The notes under the pieces were generated by a model that did not search any database, was not told the DNA's origin, and saw only the letters and a program-made list of their open reading frames with translations. 64,000 nt of DNA from a virus. Where the stretch lies: the IMG/VR virus record IMGVR_UViG_3300044846_005100, positions 76,224-140,223 of that record. The stretch is one strand, 5' to 3'. Shown in pieces: positions 37,688-46,748 of the stretch (within the stretch, counting starts at the first letter, position 1; the number at the start of each line of letters is the position of its first letter). The position numbers were made by a program, and so were the translations under genes.

Positions 37688-38435
37688 TATGACAAGAGAA
37701 GCAATTATAAAACTTTTTGGGTATAAAGGAGGAAGAAAATTATATAACTTATTATATAGTAGTTGTAATAATTTCTGCTGTATGGTTAAAGATTGTCTTG
37801 GAATAAGTTCTTCAGGAAGTGCAACATTGTATTTAAATCAACAAGGAGATTGGAGTGCTTCAACAGGACCTCAAGGACCCCAGGGTCCACAGGGACCACA
37901 AGGTGTTCCAGGACCTGTAGGTATGCCAGGATTATTTGCACAAACAGCAAATAGTACACCTATTACGGGTACTACAGTAGAAACTACTTTAATAAATGGA
38001 GGAGTTGGTACCTTATCAGTCCCTGCTAATGGATTTCAAGTGGGAGATAGCTTTAGAGCTGTCTTTGGTGGTGTTATGGATGCTGCAAATAATCAAACTA
38101 TTAGAATTAAATTAAAAACAGGATCTGTTATTCTTCTAGATAGTGGAGTTCAAAACCTTGGAAGTGCTATTGTAGATGATGTATGGAGTTTAAATGTTGA
38201 TTTCACTATTAGACAAGTTGGAGCTGCTACTGTAGCTTCTATTGTATCATTAGGGTCTTTTCATTACACAAAAACTAATAATGCTTCTGTTCAAGGATTT
38301 GGGTTTAATGTAATTAATAATACTACTTTTAATACTACTATAAATAATACACTAAATGTAACTGTACAATGGGGCTCCAATAATGCTTCAAATAATATAT
38401 ATAGTGATATTTTTATACTAAACAAAACATATTAA
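37680..38435 (+). CDS. short collagen-repeat fibre protein
   Basis: GPQGPQGPQGPQGVPGPVGMPG; N-terminus shared with 38446..39513. Confidence 0.75.
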   Translation: MYNMTREAIIKLFGYKGGRKLYNLLYSSCNNFCCMVKDCLGISSSGSATLYLNQQGDWSASTGPQGPQGPQGPQGVPGPVGMPGLFAQTANSTPITGTTVETTLINGGVGTLSVPANGFQVGDSFRAVFGGVMDAANNQTIRIKLKTGSVILLDSGVQNLGSAIVDDVWSLNVDFTIRQVGAATVASIVSLGSFHYTKTNNASVQGFGFNVINNTTFNTTINNTLNVTVQWGSNNASNNIYSDIFILNKTY

Positions 38436-38445
38436 AAAATAAATA

Positions 38446-39513
38446 ATGAACAAATTAAGTAGAGCAGATATTTTAACAATGTTTGGTTACAAAGGAGGAA
38501 CTAAACTATACAATTTATTATACAGTAGTTGTGCTAATTTTTGTTGCATGATTGAAAATTGTTTAGGAATTTCTAGTAGTGGTAATCCAAATTTAGTTTT
38601 AAATCAACAGGGTGATTGGTTAGATGTAATAAACGGTACTAATTTTTTAAGAGTAGCAGCTACCGAGAATAATGTAAATAATGGTAATAATTTTTTAACA
38701 TTATATAATTTAGCAAAAACTCTTACTCCAAATGGATTACCATTATCTTCCACTAATAGGTTGACATTAATAGTAGACCCTGGATATTATTCTTTTTCAA
38801 CTATGTTAAATATTGATGCTCAATATATTGACATTGTATCTAAAACGGGCAACACTGATTTATTTTTTGAATTTACAAGTCCTAATACTATATATGTAAC
38901 AGCAAATGATGTTTATTTAAGAGGGATTAATGTAGGTACAACTTCCTTTAGAATAGCAACTAATTTAGCTTTACTTAAATGTGAAAAATGTAAAGGAGGA
39001 AATGTTTCATTTAATAGTTTAATTGAAACTGTTGTTGCTAGTGGTACTTTTATAGATTGTGAAGGTGGTAATAACTCTTTCGGTACTTGGAATGGTGTTA
39101 TGGCCTTTCCAGTAAATGGTTCTACTACTGGAACATTTATAAGATGTAAGGGTGGTGCAGAATCTTTTGGTAGTAGAAATAGTTGTGGGGGATTATTTAT
39201 AGATTGTGAAGGAACTAGTCAAAATGCATTTGGAAGAGGTTCAGTTATAACTGGAACTTTTATAAGATGTAGAGCTTTTGGTAATTTTTCTTTTGGTCAA
39301 GGAACTGGTTCAACATCTACAGGATTTTATTATTATTGTATAGGAGGAGTTAATAATTTTTCATCAGCTACAAATAATGGATTTTATTATCATTGTGTAT
39401 CAGGAAGTTCTTCTTTTACAGGATTATCTGGAGCTAGTACAGGAAAAGCTTTGTATTGTGTAAATAATAATAATCCATTTAATTATGGATTTACTGCAAC
39501 AAATATGATTTAA
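38446..39513 (+). CDS. chimeric fibre/spike protein
   Basis: N-terminal 58 aa like 37680; remainder paralogous to 30775 with GTFIxCxGGxxSFG repeats. Confidence 0.75.
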   Translation: MNKLSRADILTMFGYKGGTKLYNLLYSSCANFCCMIENCLGISSSGNPNLVLNQQGDWLDVINGTNFLRVAATENNVNNGNNFLTLYNLAKTLTPNGLPLSSTNRLTLIVDPGYYSFSTMLNIDAQYIDIVSKTGNTDLFFEFTSPNTIYVTANDVYLRGINVGTTSFRIATNLALLKCEKCKGGNVSFNSLIETVVASGTFIDCEGGNNSFGTWNGVMAFPVNGSTTGTFIRCKGGAESFGSRNSCGGLFIDCEGTSQNAFGRGSVITGTFIRCRAFGNFSFGQGTGSTSTGFYYYCIGGVNNFSSATNNGFYYHCVSGSSSFTGLSGASTGKALYCVNNNNPFNYGFTATNMI

Positions 39514-39532
39514 CTTTTTAAATAAATTAAAT

Positions 39533-39856
39533 ATGATTTACTATAATTTAAAAGATATAAATAATTTTAAAGAAATTATTTTACCAGAAGTACAAGAACC
39601 CACTGTATCATTAGATGATGATTTTGAAACTACAGATTCTGAAGAAATTTTAATTAAAACTTTTAAAGAAAAAATAAATGAAAAATTTATTGATTTAAAA
39701 GATATAGAGTTTTGTTCAAAGCTGGTAGAAATTTTTATTGAAACATTTGAACCTGCAATATTAATATCAGTAGATATATCCATAGATGATAATTCTTTTT
39801 ATGGCTTAATTAATTGCAGAAATATTAACTTACAATTACGTCAAATTAGATTTTAA
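39533..39856 (+). CDS. small protein following spike gene (possible chaperone)
   Basis: Similar to 32078..32359. Confidence 0.55.
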   Translation: MIYYNLKDINNFKEIILPEVQEPTVSLDDDFETTDSEEILIKTFKEKINEKFIDLKDIEFCSKLVEIFIETFEPAILISVDISIDDNSFYGLINCRNINLQLRQIRF

Positions 39857-40011
39857 TGGGAAAGTATTTTAATGCATTCATAATGGCCATAATTACGTTT
39901 TTTTCACCTATAGCTGGTTTATTATTAGCTGTAGGAGCTATGATTTTTACAGATACTATATTAGGTGTCACAATCCCTTTTGATCTTGGAGCAACTTATG
40001 AAATATCTTAA
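39856..40011 (+). pseudogene. truncated holin-like ORF, 51 aa (not in ORF track)
   Basis: Manual translation MGKYFNAFIMAIITFFSPIAGLLLAVGAMIFTDTILGVTIPFDLGATYEIS resembles the N-terminus of a Bacteroidota phage holin. Confidence 0.5.
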
Positions 40012-40019
40012 AAACAATT

Positions 40020-40337
40020 ATGGAAAAATTTTTATTGACTTTTTTTGGAAACTCAGATTTAATTGAAATATCTTCAGGAGCCTTTTGGGCTGTGATATGT
40101 TCTTTATTTGTTAATCTTAACAAATTAAAGAAAATGAAAATAGAGGATTATATAAAAATATTATTAAGTATAATTATTACATTGAGACTATACCCTGTAG
40201 CTTCATCATGGATTGGTATGGATTTAGATTTAGGAAATACCACTGCAGTATCGGCAGTTACTGGTGCTATTGCAGGATTAGTTGGAGTGAAGTTTATAAA
40301 TAAGATTACAACTTTTTTAAGCGATAAATTAAACTAA
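40020..40337 (+). CDS. holin candidate
   Basis: 105 aa with three hydrophobic segments, upstream of the endolysin. Confidence 0.6.
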   Translation: MEKFLLTFFGNSDLIEISSGAFWAVICSLFVNLNKLKKMKIEDYIKILLSIIITLRLYPVASSWIGMDLDLGNTTAVSAVTGAIAGLVGVKFINKITTFLSDKLN

Positions 40338-40338
40338 A

Positions 40339-40566
40339 ATGACAAAGACTACCTCAGAAGAAAAAGGGACTTTAATACCTATAAAATATATTATAGCTAT
40401 TATAGCTTTTTTATTGGTAATTATTTCTAAGACATTGGCAGACTATAGAGAAACTGCCAAACTTTGTGAATCTAAATATAGTGATTTACTAAAGGAAATT
40501 ATTCTTAATAGTCAATTAAAAGAAAAAAACAAAGAACTGGTAAATATAAATTCTGATAAAAAATAA
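40339..40566 (+). CDS. single-TM lysis-cassette protein
   Basis: 75 aa, one TM segment plus coiled coil. Confidence 0.55.
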   Translation: MTKTTSEEKGTLIPIKYIIAIIAFLLVIISKTLADYRETAKLCESKYSDLLKEIILNSQLKEKNKELVNINSDKK

Positions 40567-40592
40567 TTTTTTAATTCAAAACTAAGATAGAA

Positions 40593-40988
40593 ATGTTTCA
40601 TTTAAAACCATTATTTGTAGGAACTACAGGAATAGGATTAACTTTATTAACACTATTACCTTTTAATAAAAAAGAAGAGCCTATATGTTATGACTGTAGT
40701 ATAGATATGATTAAAAAAAATAATGATAGCTTGAAAAAAGTAAATACTGTTTTGTATGCTAAAGTAAAAGATACTTTACAAATTGGAAAATTAGCAATTA
40801 AAGAAGTAGCACAGTTAAAAGAAGAAGTAAAAGATTTACAACAAGATTTAGTAAAAAAACCTGAAGTAATATATGACACTATTCATGATACAGTATATTA
40901 TGCAAAAGGAATTTTAGGAAAATATAAACAAATAGAAAAATCTCAATTATTTAAAATTGAAGATACAAAAATAGATACAATAAATTAA
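40593..40988 (+). CDS. membrane-anchored coiled-coil protein (spanin-like)
   Basis: N-terminal TM, coiled coil, YDTIHDTVY. Confidence 0.5.
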   Translation: MFHLKPLFVGTTGIGLTLLTLLPFNKKEEPICYDCSIDMIKKNNDSLKKVNTVLYAKVKDTLQIGKLAIKEVAQLKEEVKDLQQDLVKKPEVIYDTIHDTVYYAKGILGKYKQIEKSQLFKIEDTKIDTIN

Positions 40989-40994
40989 TAAACC

Positions 40995-41459
40995 ATGCAA
41001 TTATCAAAACATTTAGAATTAGCAGAAGTAATCAGATCTTCAACAGCTAAAAGATTAGGTATTAAAAATGAACCTACAACAATTCATTTAGAAAATTTAA
41101 AAATATTAGCTTTACACATATTTGAGCCAATAAGAAATCACTTTGGAAGACCTATATTTATTTCTAGTGGATATAGAAGTGCAGCTTTAAATAAAGCAAC
41201 ACCAGGAGCTAGTACTACATCTCAACATTCTACAGGAGAAGCCATAGATATAGATATGGATGGTACAGAAATTACAAATGCTCAAATATTTGAGTTTATA
41301 AAAAATAATTTAGAATTTGATCAATTGATTTGGGAATTTGGGACTAAATCTAATCCTGATTGGGTTCATGTTTCTTATGAGTCTAAAGGAAAACAAAGAA
41401 AGCAGATATTAGTTGCTACTAAAATAAACGGCAAAACACATTATAGTCCTTTTAGTTAA
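40995..41459 (+). CDS. endolysin, peptidase M15 family
   Basis: SSGYRS, SQHSTGEAID and WVHVS Zn-peptidase motifs. Confidence 0.9.
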   Translation: MQLSKHLELAEVIRSSTAKRLGIKNEPTTIHLENLKILALHIFEPIRNHFGRPIFISSGYRSAALNKATPGASTTSQHSTGEAIDIDMDGTEITNAQIFEFIKNNLEFDQLIWEFGTKSNPDWVHVSYESKGKQRKQILVATKINGKTHYSPFS

Positions 41460-41468
41460 AAAAAAATT

Positions 41469-41942
41469 ATGAATACATTTAGTAAAATATTAATACTTGT
41501 ATTGAGTATTATTTGTGTATATCTCTGGTTTAATAAAAGCAGTAGTATTTCAGAGAAAGAAAGTATTATACAAAAACTAGAAGATAGCTTATCAAAAAAA
41601 GTAGATACTTTTATAGTAATGAGAGATACTGCTAAACACAAATACAATCAATCTAAGAAATTTATAATTAAATATGATACTATTTACAAGCCAGGAAAAG
41701 ATACGATTTGTGACTCTTTAGTAAATGCACAAAGAATAGCATTGAATAATTGCGACACTGTTATAAATATTTCAGATACACTTATAAAAACATTAATAAT
41801 AAGAGATACTGTTAGAACAGAACATATAAAGTATTTAAAAAATAAAAATCTTTTTTCTTTAGTAGGGGGAGGAGGATATGGTCTTACTCCTCTAGGGTTT
41901 CTGCCTCATTTAGGTATTACTTTTGGAATAAAAATAAAATAA
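41469..41942 (+). CDS. spanin-like membrane protein
   Basis: N-terminal TM segment and a C-terminal beta-hairpin GGGGYG...GITFG. Confidence 0.55.
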   Translation: MNTFSKILILVLSIICVYLWFNKSSSISEKESIIQKLEDSLSKKVDTFIVMRDTAKHKYNQSKKFIIKYDTIYKPGKDTICDSLVNAQRIALNNCDTVINISDTLIKTLIIRDTVRTEHIKYLKNKNLFSLVGGGGYGLTPLGFLPHLGITFGIKIK

Positions 41943-41947
41943 AACTA

Positions 41948-41979
41948 TTGACAAGTAAAATAAAGTTCGTATATTTGCG
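41948..41979 (+). promoter_or_regulatory. promoter for ncRNA 1
   Basis: TTGACA at 41948 and TATATTTG at 41970. Confidence 0.75.
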
Positions 41980-41984
41980 GAATA

Positions 41985-42310
41985 TTTATTTCACTGAAAC
42001 AAATTTCTAGTGCCTGACGTTTGAGGGGAAACCCTGGTTCATAAGATTCCACTAGATAGTTTTAAATAAGTAAGGACCTCCGAGGATTAACAATTTAGAT
42101 ACCTTCAGGGAAAGGAGAGGAAAAACAGGATCAATAGACGTAAGAGTTGGGCTTCCCAATTTCCTGTATAATATACGATAGCAGATATATCCTAAGTATG
42201 GTGACATATATGGAATACTGTAACGAACTTACCAATAGAAACAAGATAAATAGTTTTTTTAACATTGTCTTTACCGAAAAATTTAACTTCGGGAGAACCC
42301 TTAATTTTTT
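41985..42310 (+). ncRNA. candidate structured ncRNA, about 250-320 nt
   Basis: No ORF, raised GC, nested stems and GNRA-capped hairpins (see findings). Confidence 0.55.
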
Positions 42311-42389
42311 TAATATTACTTAATTCTAATACTAGTTTAATGGCCAGAACTATGCTTAAAAATTTTTTTCATAAAAATGCATTTTTTTC

Positions 42390-42421
42390 TTGACATTTGC
42401 AAAAAAAGTATTATCTTTGCA
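42390..42421 (+). promoter_or_regulatory. promoter for ncRNA 2
   Basis: TTGACA at 42390 and TATCTTTG at 42412. Confidence 0.75.
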
Positions 42422-42515
42422 TTGTATTTCATAGATACAATATTTATTATTCAAACAAATAATTTTTTGTACCGTAACCCTCGCTGAATTCCCTTTGGGC
42501 GAGGGTTATTTTTTT
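42421..42515 (+). ncRNA. candidate small RNA, about 90 nt
   Basis: Promoter-to-terminator unit with no ORF; 5' hairpin ATTGTAT/ATACAAT. Confidence 0.55.
42475..42515 (+). terminator. intrinsic terminator
   Basis: TAACCCTCGC/GCGAGGGTTA stem plus T run. Confidence 0.85.
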
Positions 42516-42618
42516 GTCTAAAAAGTAATAAAATCATAATTTTTTTTTAATTTTGTAAAAAAATTTTTATACATATATAAAAAAACCTTTATATTTGCAT
42601 AAAAAATAAAATTAATAT

Positions 42619-43881
42619 ATGATATTAACTCAGGAAAAAATCAATCTTTTTATTAATTGGACTAATAAAAATAAAGAATATTTAAGTATTGTTAGGCCAA
42701 ATAAAAGTAAACTTTTAAAAAAATTATTAAAAGAAAATATAAATATCTCTTTTGAAGAACTAGATATTTTATTAAAACAATATGGAAGAAAAAGAAAAAG
42801 AAACATAGTAGAAGGTACTAATGTTTGGGTTCCTTTAGAAATGGTAGAAACAGTTAAAGAATTAAATGCTATTTACAAAGAAAGTTTAAGCATAGGTGTT
42901 CCTGTAAATGACATAAAGCATGGCTGGTTAAAAAATGATACAGCATCTATGTTTTTTACTAATCCTTTATATAAGGATAAAGGGGATTTAGATTTAAGTG
43001 CTATTAATTTTAAAGAATTATTTGGAAATATTGAACCTATTGTTGTTAAAAAAATTGAAAATAATAAAAAAACAGCTTTATTTGATAGACTTGTTTTTAC
43101 AGATGTACATGTAGGTATGGATGTTGCTAATTCTGGTTATTCTTTATATGATTTAAAGTGGGATAAAGAAGAATTATTTAAGAGATTAAATATTATGGTA
43201 GAACATACTGTAGAACATCAAAAATCTAATACATTAATTATTAATGATTTAGGAGATTTTTTAGATGGATATAATGGTCAAACTACTAGAGGAGGACATA
43301 AGTTACCTCAAAATATGAGTACAAATGATGCTTTTGATACAGCTTTACATTTTAAAATAAAATTAGTTAAATCTCTTGCACCTTATTTTGACAAAATAAA
43401 ATTTATAAATATTTGTAATGATAATCATGCAGGTAGTTTTGGTTATATTGTAAATTCAGCTTTTAAAATATATATTGAAGAAGCTATAAATAATGTAGAA
43501 GTAATTAACCAAAGAAAATTTATTGATTATTATATAATAGAAAATAGATGTTTTTGTTTAACCCATGGCAAAGATGATGTAAATATGAAATTTGGATTTA
43601 AACCTAAAGCAGATCCTGCAACTGTAAATAAAGTATTAGGGTATTTAAACCAGATTGAAGTATTAAACAAAGGTTATTTTGAAATAGAATTTGGTAAAGG
43701 AGATAGTCATCTGGCAGTATTAGATGATTCTAGTAGTGATATATTTAATTATTATTCTTATCCTGCATTCAGCCCTAGTTCAAATTGGGTACAATTAAAT
43801 TTTAATAAGGGACGCAGTGGATTTGTTCATTTTAATTATATGGAAAACAGAAAAAATATTAATCCTTATTTTTTTAATTAA
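42619..43881 (+). CDS. calcineurin-like metallophosphoesterase
   Basis: DVHVG, GDFLDG, DNH, THG and GDSH metal motifs; promoter TATATTTG at 42590. Confidence 0.8.
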   Translation: MILTQEKINLFINWTNKNKEYLSIVRPNKSKLLKKLLKENINISFEELDILLKQYGRKRKRNIVEGTNVWVPLEMVETVKELNAIYKESLSIGVPVNDIKHGWLKNDTASMFFTNPLYKDKGDLDLSAINFKELFGNIEPIVVKKIENNKKTALFDRLVFTDVHVGMDVANSGYSLYDLKWDKEELFKRLNIMVEHTVEHQKSNTLIINDLGDFLDGYNGQTTRGGHKLPQNMSTNDAFDTALHFKIKLVKSLAPYFDKIKFINICNDNHAGSFGYIVNSAFKIYIEEAINNVEVINQRKFIDYYIIENRCFCLTHGKDDVNMKFGFKPKADPATVNKVLGYLNQIEVLNKGYFEIEFGKGDSHLAVLDDSSSDIFNYYSYPAFSPSSNWVQLNFNKGRSGFVHFNYMENRKNINPYFFN

Positions 43882-43884
43882 GGT

Positions 43885-44520
43885 ATGGCATATATTTATA
43901 GGCATATTAGGATGGATAAAAACGAACCATTTTACATTGGTATTGGCACTGATAATTATTTTTATAGATCTAAAAGTAAAAAAAATAGAAATAAATATTG
44001 GGAAAATATAGTAAATAAAACAGATTATAAAGTTCAAATTTTATTAGAAGATTTAACTTGGGAAGAAGCTTGTGAAAAAGAAATGGAGTTTATTGCATTA
44101 TATGGAAGAAAAGATTTAGGTAAAGGAACTTTATGTAATTTGACAGATGGAGGAGAAGGAATAAAAAAATGTATACATAGTGAAGAGACTAAACAAAAAA
44201 TTAGAAAAAAATTAATAGGTATTAAACTTTCAGAAGAACATAAAGCAAATATAGCTAAAGGACAAATTGGGTCTAAAAGAACTATTGATACTAAAATAAA
44301 AATGAGTAAAAAAATAAAAGAAGCTTATAAAAATGGAAAGCTTTGTAATAAAGGGAAAAATAATGGAAGATGCAAACAAGTTATAGACTTAACTACAGGA
44401 TTTTTTTATAATTATGCAGGAGAAGCTTTTAAATCTCAAAATCAATTTAAAAATCTTAGTTATTTTATGTCTATGTTAAATGGATACAGACCAAACAAAT
44501 CAAATTTTAAATATATTTAA
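43885..44520 (+). mobile_element. free-standing GIY-YIG homing endonuclease with NUMOD3
   Basis: YIYRH...FYIGIG, catalytic-type R and E, NLTDGGEG, HSEETKQKI. Confidence 0.85.
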
Positions 44521-44531
44521 TTTAAAGAATT

Positions 44532-44747
44532 ATGTTTATGTATAATAATCCTTATATGCAAGGGGGACAGGTCTGGCACAACAACCAACAAAATCAACAA
44601 AATTTCATACAAAATAATGAAATAAGTGTTGATTTGAGGCAAATATATAATCATTATATTATGCACCCTTTTTGTAAATATAGGGATATTCCGTATGCTA
44701 TTTTTAGAGCTATATATACTGATTGGTTAAATAAACAATATAAATAA
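44532..44747 (+). CDS. hypothetical protein
   Basis: 71 aa, Gln/Asn-rich. Confidence 0.55.
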   Translation: MFMYNNPYMQGGQVWHNNQQNQQNFIQNNEISVDLRQIYNHYIMHPFCKYRDIPYAIFRAIYTDWLNKQYK

Positions 44748-44758
44748 AATAAAATATT

Positions 44759-45430
44759 ATGACAATACGAGAAATTATTAGTGGGTATAGGGTGCCTATG
44801 GATCATGGTTTACCTACTGATGATACAGATTTTCCTACAAAATATATCTATCATTTAATGAAAATAGCTAGAGCTAAATTATTGTATGATAGATTGAATG
44901 ATCCTAGATTTAACTATAATCTAGCTTTACAGACTTTAGAGTGTGTAGAATTAGTATTAGCTGACACTAATGAATGTTGTGAAAAATTACCTTCAGGATG
45001 TAAATGGTTGAAGTCAAAAAAACCTATTCCAGAGACTATCAATAACATGATAAATAAAGTGTACAATGATAGAGGAGATACTTATAATAGAGTGTTGTCG
45101 GAATCTTCAGGTTCTTTTAAAAGATATTCATTTATAGAAGAAAGTGATTTTAAATATTTGATAAAAAACAATTACTTATTTGTACCAGACTTGAATAGCC
45201 CAAAATGGGTTAAAATAGAAGGATTATTCTATGATGATGAAATAGTAAAAATGACTTGTGGACCTGTATGTGATTTATTAGATACAGAATTTCCTTTAGA
45301 TAGCAGACTTATAACTGCAATGTATTCTATTATGAATGAAACAATATTGAAAGTATATCCTTATTTTAAGAAGGATGTTACAAATGATACTTCAACAGAC
45401 GATACATTAAATGGCACGAAAGGTAAGTAA
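44759..45430 (+). CDS. tail ring/tubular protein
   Basis: QTLECVEL, IKNNYL and IEGLF motifs; crAss-like synteny. Confidence 0.7.
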   Translation: MTIREIISGYRVPMDHGLPTDDTDFPTKYIYHLMKIARAKLLYDRLNDPRFNYNLALQTLECVELVLADTNECCEKLPSGCKWLKSKKPIPETINNMINKVYNDRGDTYNRVLSESSGSFKRYSFIEESDFKYLIKNNYLFVPDLNSPKWVKIEGLFYDDEIVKMTCGPVCDLLDTEFPLDSRLITAMYSIMNETILKVYPYFKKDVTNDTSTDDTLNGTKGK

Positions 45431-45797
45431 TAAATCCGAGTCTTTTTTTTCTTTAGTAAAAGTTTTAGAAAGAAAAAAAGATATAGATAAAGCCACTTAT
45501 AAAAAAGTGATTGAGGAGCTATTTAAGGTAGCCTCAGAGCGTTTAATTTATAAAAACAAGGTAAAGCTTCCAGGACTAGGACTTTTTTATTTAAAGGCCT
45601 ATAAATCGGATAAAAAAATAGTTGATTTTGGTATGACAAGAAAGCTGGGTAAAACAGTTTATCATACTAATTTTCATAGTAACAGAGTAAGATATAAAAT
45701 TGCTTGGGGAAACAATATAAGGGTTAATTACTATTCATTTAAACCTTATAGATTTTTAAACAGAGAATTAGCTAAAAAAATAATAAACGATGATTAA
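45411..45797 (+). CDS. IHF-like protein of the crAss tail module
   Basis: KVKLPGLGLFYL, VDFGMT and VYHTNFHS motifs. Confidence 0.75.
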   Translation: MARKVSNKSESFFSLVKVLERKKDIDKATYKKVIEELFKVASERLIYKNKVKLPGLGLFYLKAYKSDKKIVDFGMTRKLGKTVYHTNFHSNRVRYKIAWGNNIRVNYYSFKPYRFLNRELAKKIINDD

Positions 45798-46740
45798 TAT
45801 AGAACTAGTACCAATTAGTACAGTTATAGAAAACTGGAAACAAATTGCCGTTTCAGAATTAAATTTTAATGAAGATTTACTTACTGAATGGATTTTAGAT
45901 GCTTATAATGACATAGGCACCTATAAACAATACAAAGAGAGAGTACAGAAAATAAGTGTAAAAAATTACAAAGCTGAGTTGCCTTGTGGGTTTAGACAAA
46001 CTTTATATGTATTAGCTCAACCTCGTCTTATTGAAGAAGACCCTTTCTTCTTGACAGAGTATGTTAGACAAGAACCTGGAAATGAAAATTGTACATGGGA
46101 GTTTAAAAGAATATGTAAATGTCCTGAAAATACTTCATGCAGTTGTGAGCAAAATTACATAGAAACCGCAGGGTATTTGTATATTAACAATTTAGAAAAA
46201 GCAAAAGGATTTAAGTTTGCTTCAGTACAAGACTTTACTCAATGGTATTCTACTAATCCTAAAAGATGGGTTATATTACAACCACAAAAAAATCAAGTAT
46301 CTTTATTAAACTACAGAGAACTAGGTTTTCATTTAAACCCTTCACATACTTTTAATATTGATAATGGATATATTATAACAGATTTCAAAGAGGCAGAATT
46401 ATTGATAGGATATTTAGGTATTCCTATTGGAACAGATGGATTGCCATTAGTTCCCAATATGGGAAGTTTTACTAATGCTTTGATTGCCGCCATAGAAAGA
46501 AAGTTTGCTTATATTCAATACAGAAAGAGTAGAAGTGGCCCAGATTTAAACTTTTTCCAATTAGCAGATAAAGAATACTCTAAATGGAAATTAAAAGCAA
46601 GAGAAGATATGAATGCTCAAACATTTGATGAAATGTGGGCTATGGGTGAAGCTACTAATCAATTTTTAGTTCCTAACTCATATCACGGATTAGATCAAAG
46701 AAAATCTCAGAAAATAAATAATGGTTTCACCCGATATTAA
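45790..46740 (+). CDS. tail ring/tubular protein
   Basis: VKNYKAELPC and YLGIPIGTDGLPLVP motifs. Confidence 0.75.
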   Translation: MINIELVPISTVIENWKQIAVSELNFNEDLLTEWILDAYNDIGTYKQYKERVQKISVKNYKAELPCGFRQTLYVLAQPRLIEEDPFFLTEYVRQEPGNENCTWEFKRICKCPENTSCSCEQNYIETAGYLYINNLEKAKGFKFASVQDFTQWYSTNPKRWVILQPQKNQVSLLNYRELGFHLNPSHTFNIDNGYIITDFKEAELLIGYLGIPIGTDGLPLVPNMGSFTNALIAAIERKFAYIQYRKSRSGPDLNFFQLADKEYSKWKLKAREDMNAQTFDEMWAMGEATNQFLVPNSYHGLDQRKSQKINNGFTRY

Positions 46741-46748
46741 TATAAAGT

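Noticed and set aside
29325-39856. Diversity-generating retroelement acting on fibre genes
   Set aside because: No reverse transcriptase in the window, and paralog differences are not adenine-specific TR/VR pairs
42130-42220. Group I intron core in the 42 kb RNA (GATATATCC...GGTGACAT resembles an S/P9 region)
   Set aside because: The canonical GACUA/UAGUC P7 pairing is absent and no gene is interrupted
42261-42271. 11-nt complement (AACATTGTCTT) to the start of gene 15912
   Set aside because: A single short AT-rich match that is probably sequestered in a local hairpin; plausible by chance
18036-45797. Stop-codon reassignment as in some Crassvirales
   Set aside because: Long genes are intact in code 11; TAG (portal, 18036, 35359) and TGA (18258, 45411) end genes at sensible boundaries; no suppressor tRNA seen
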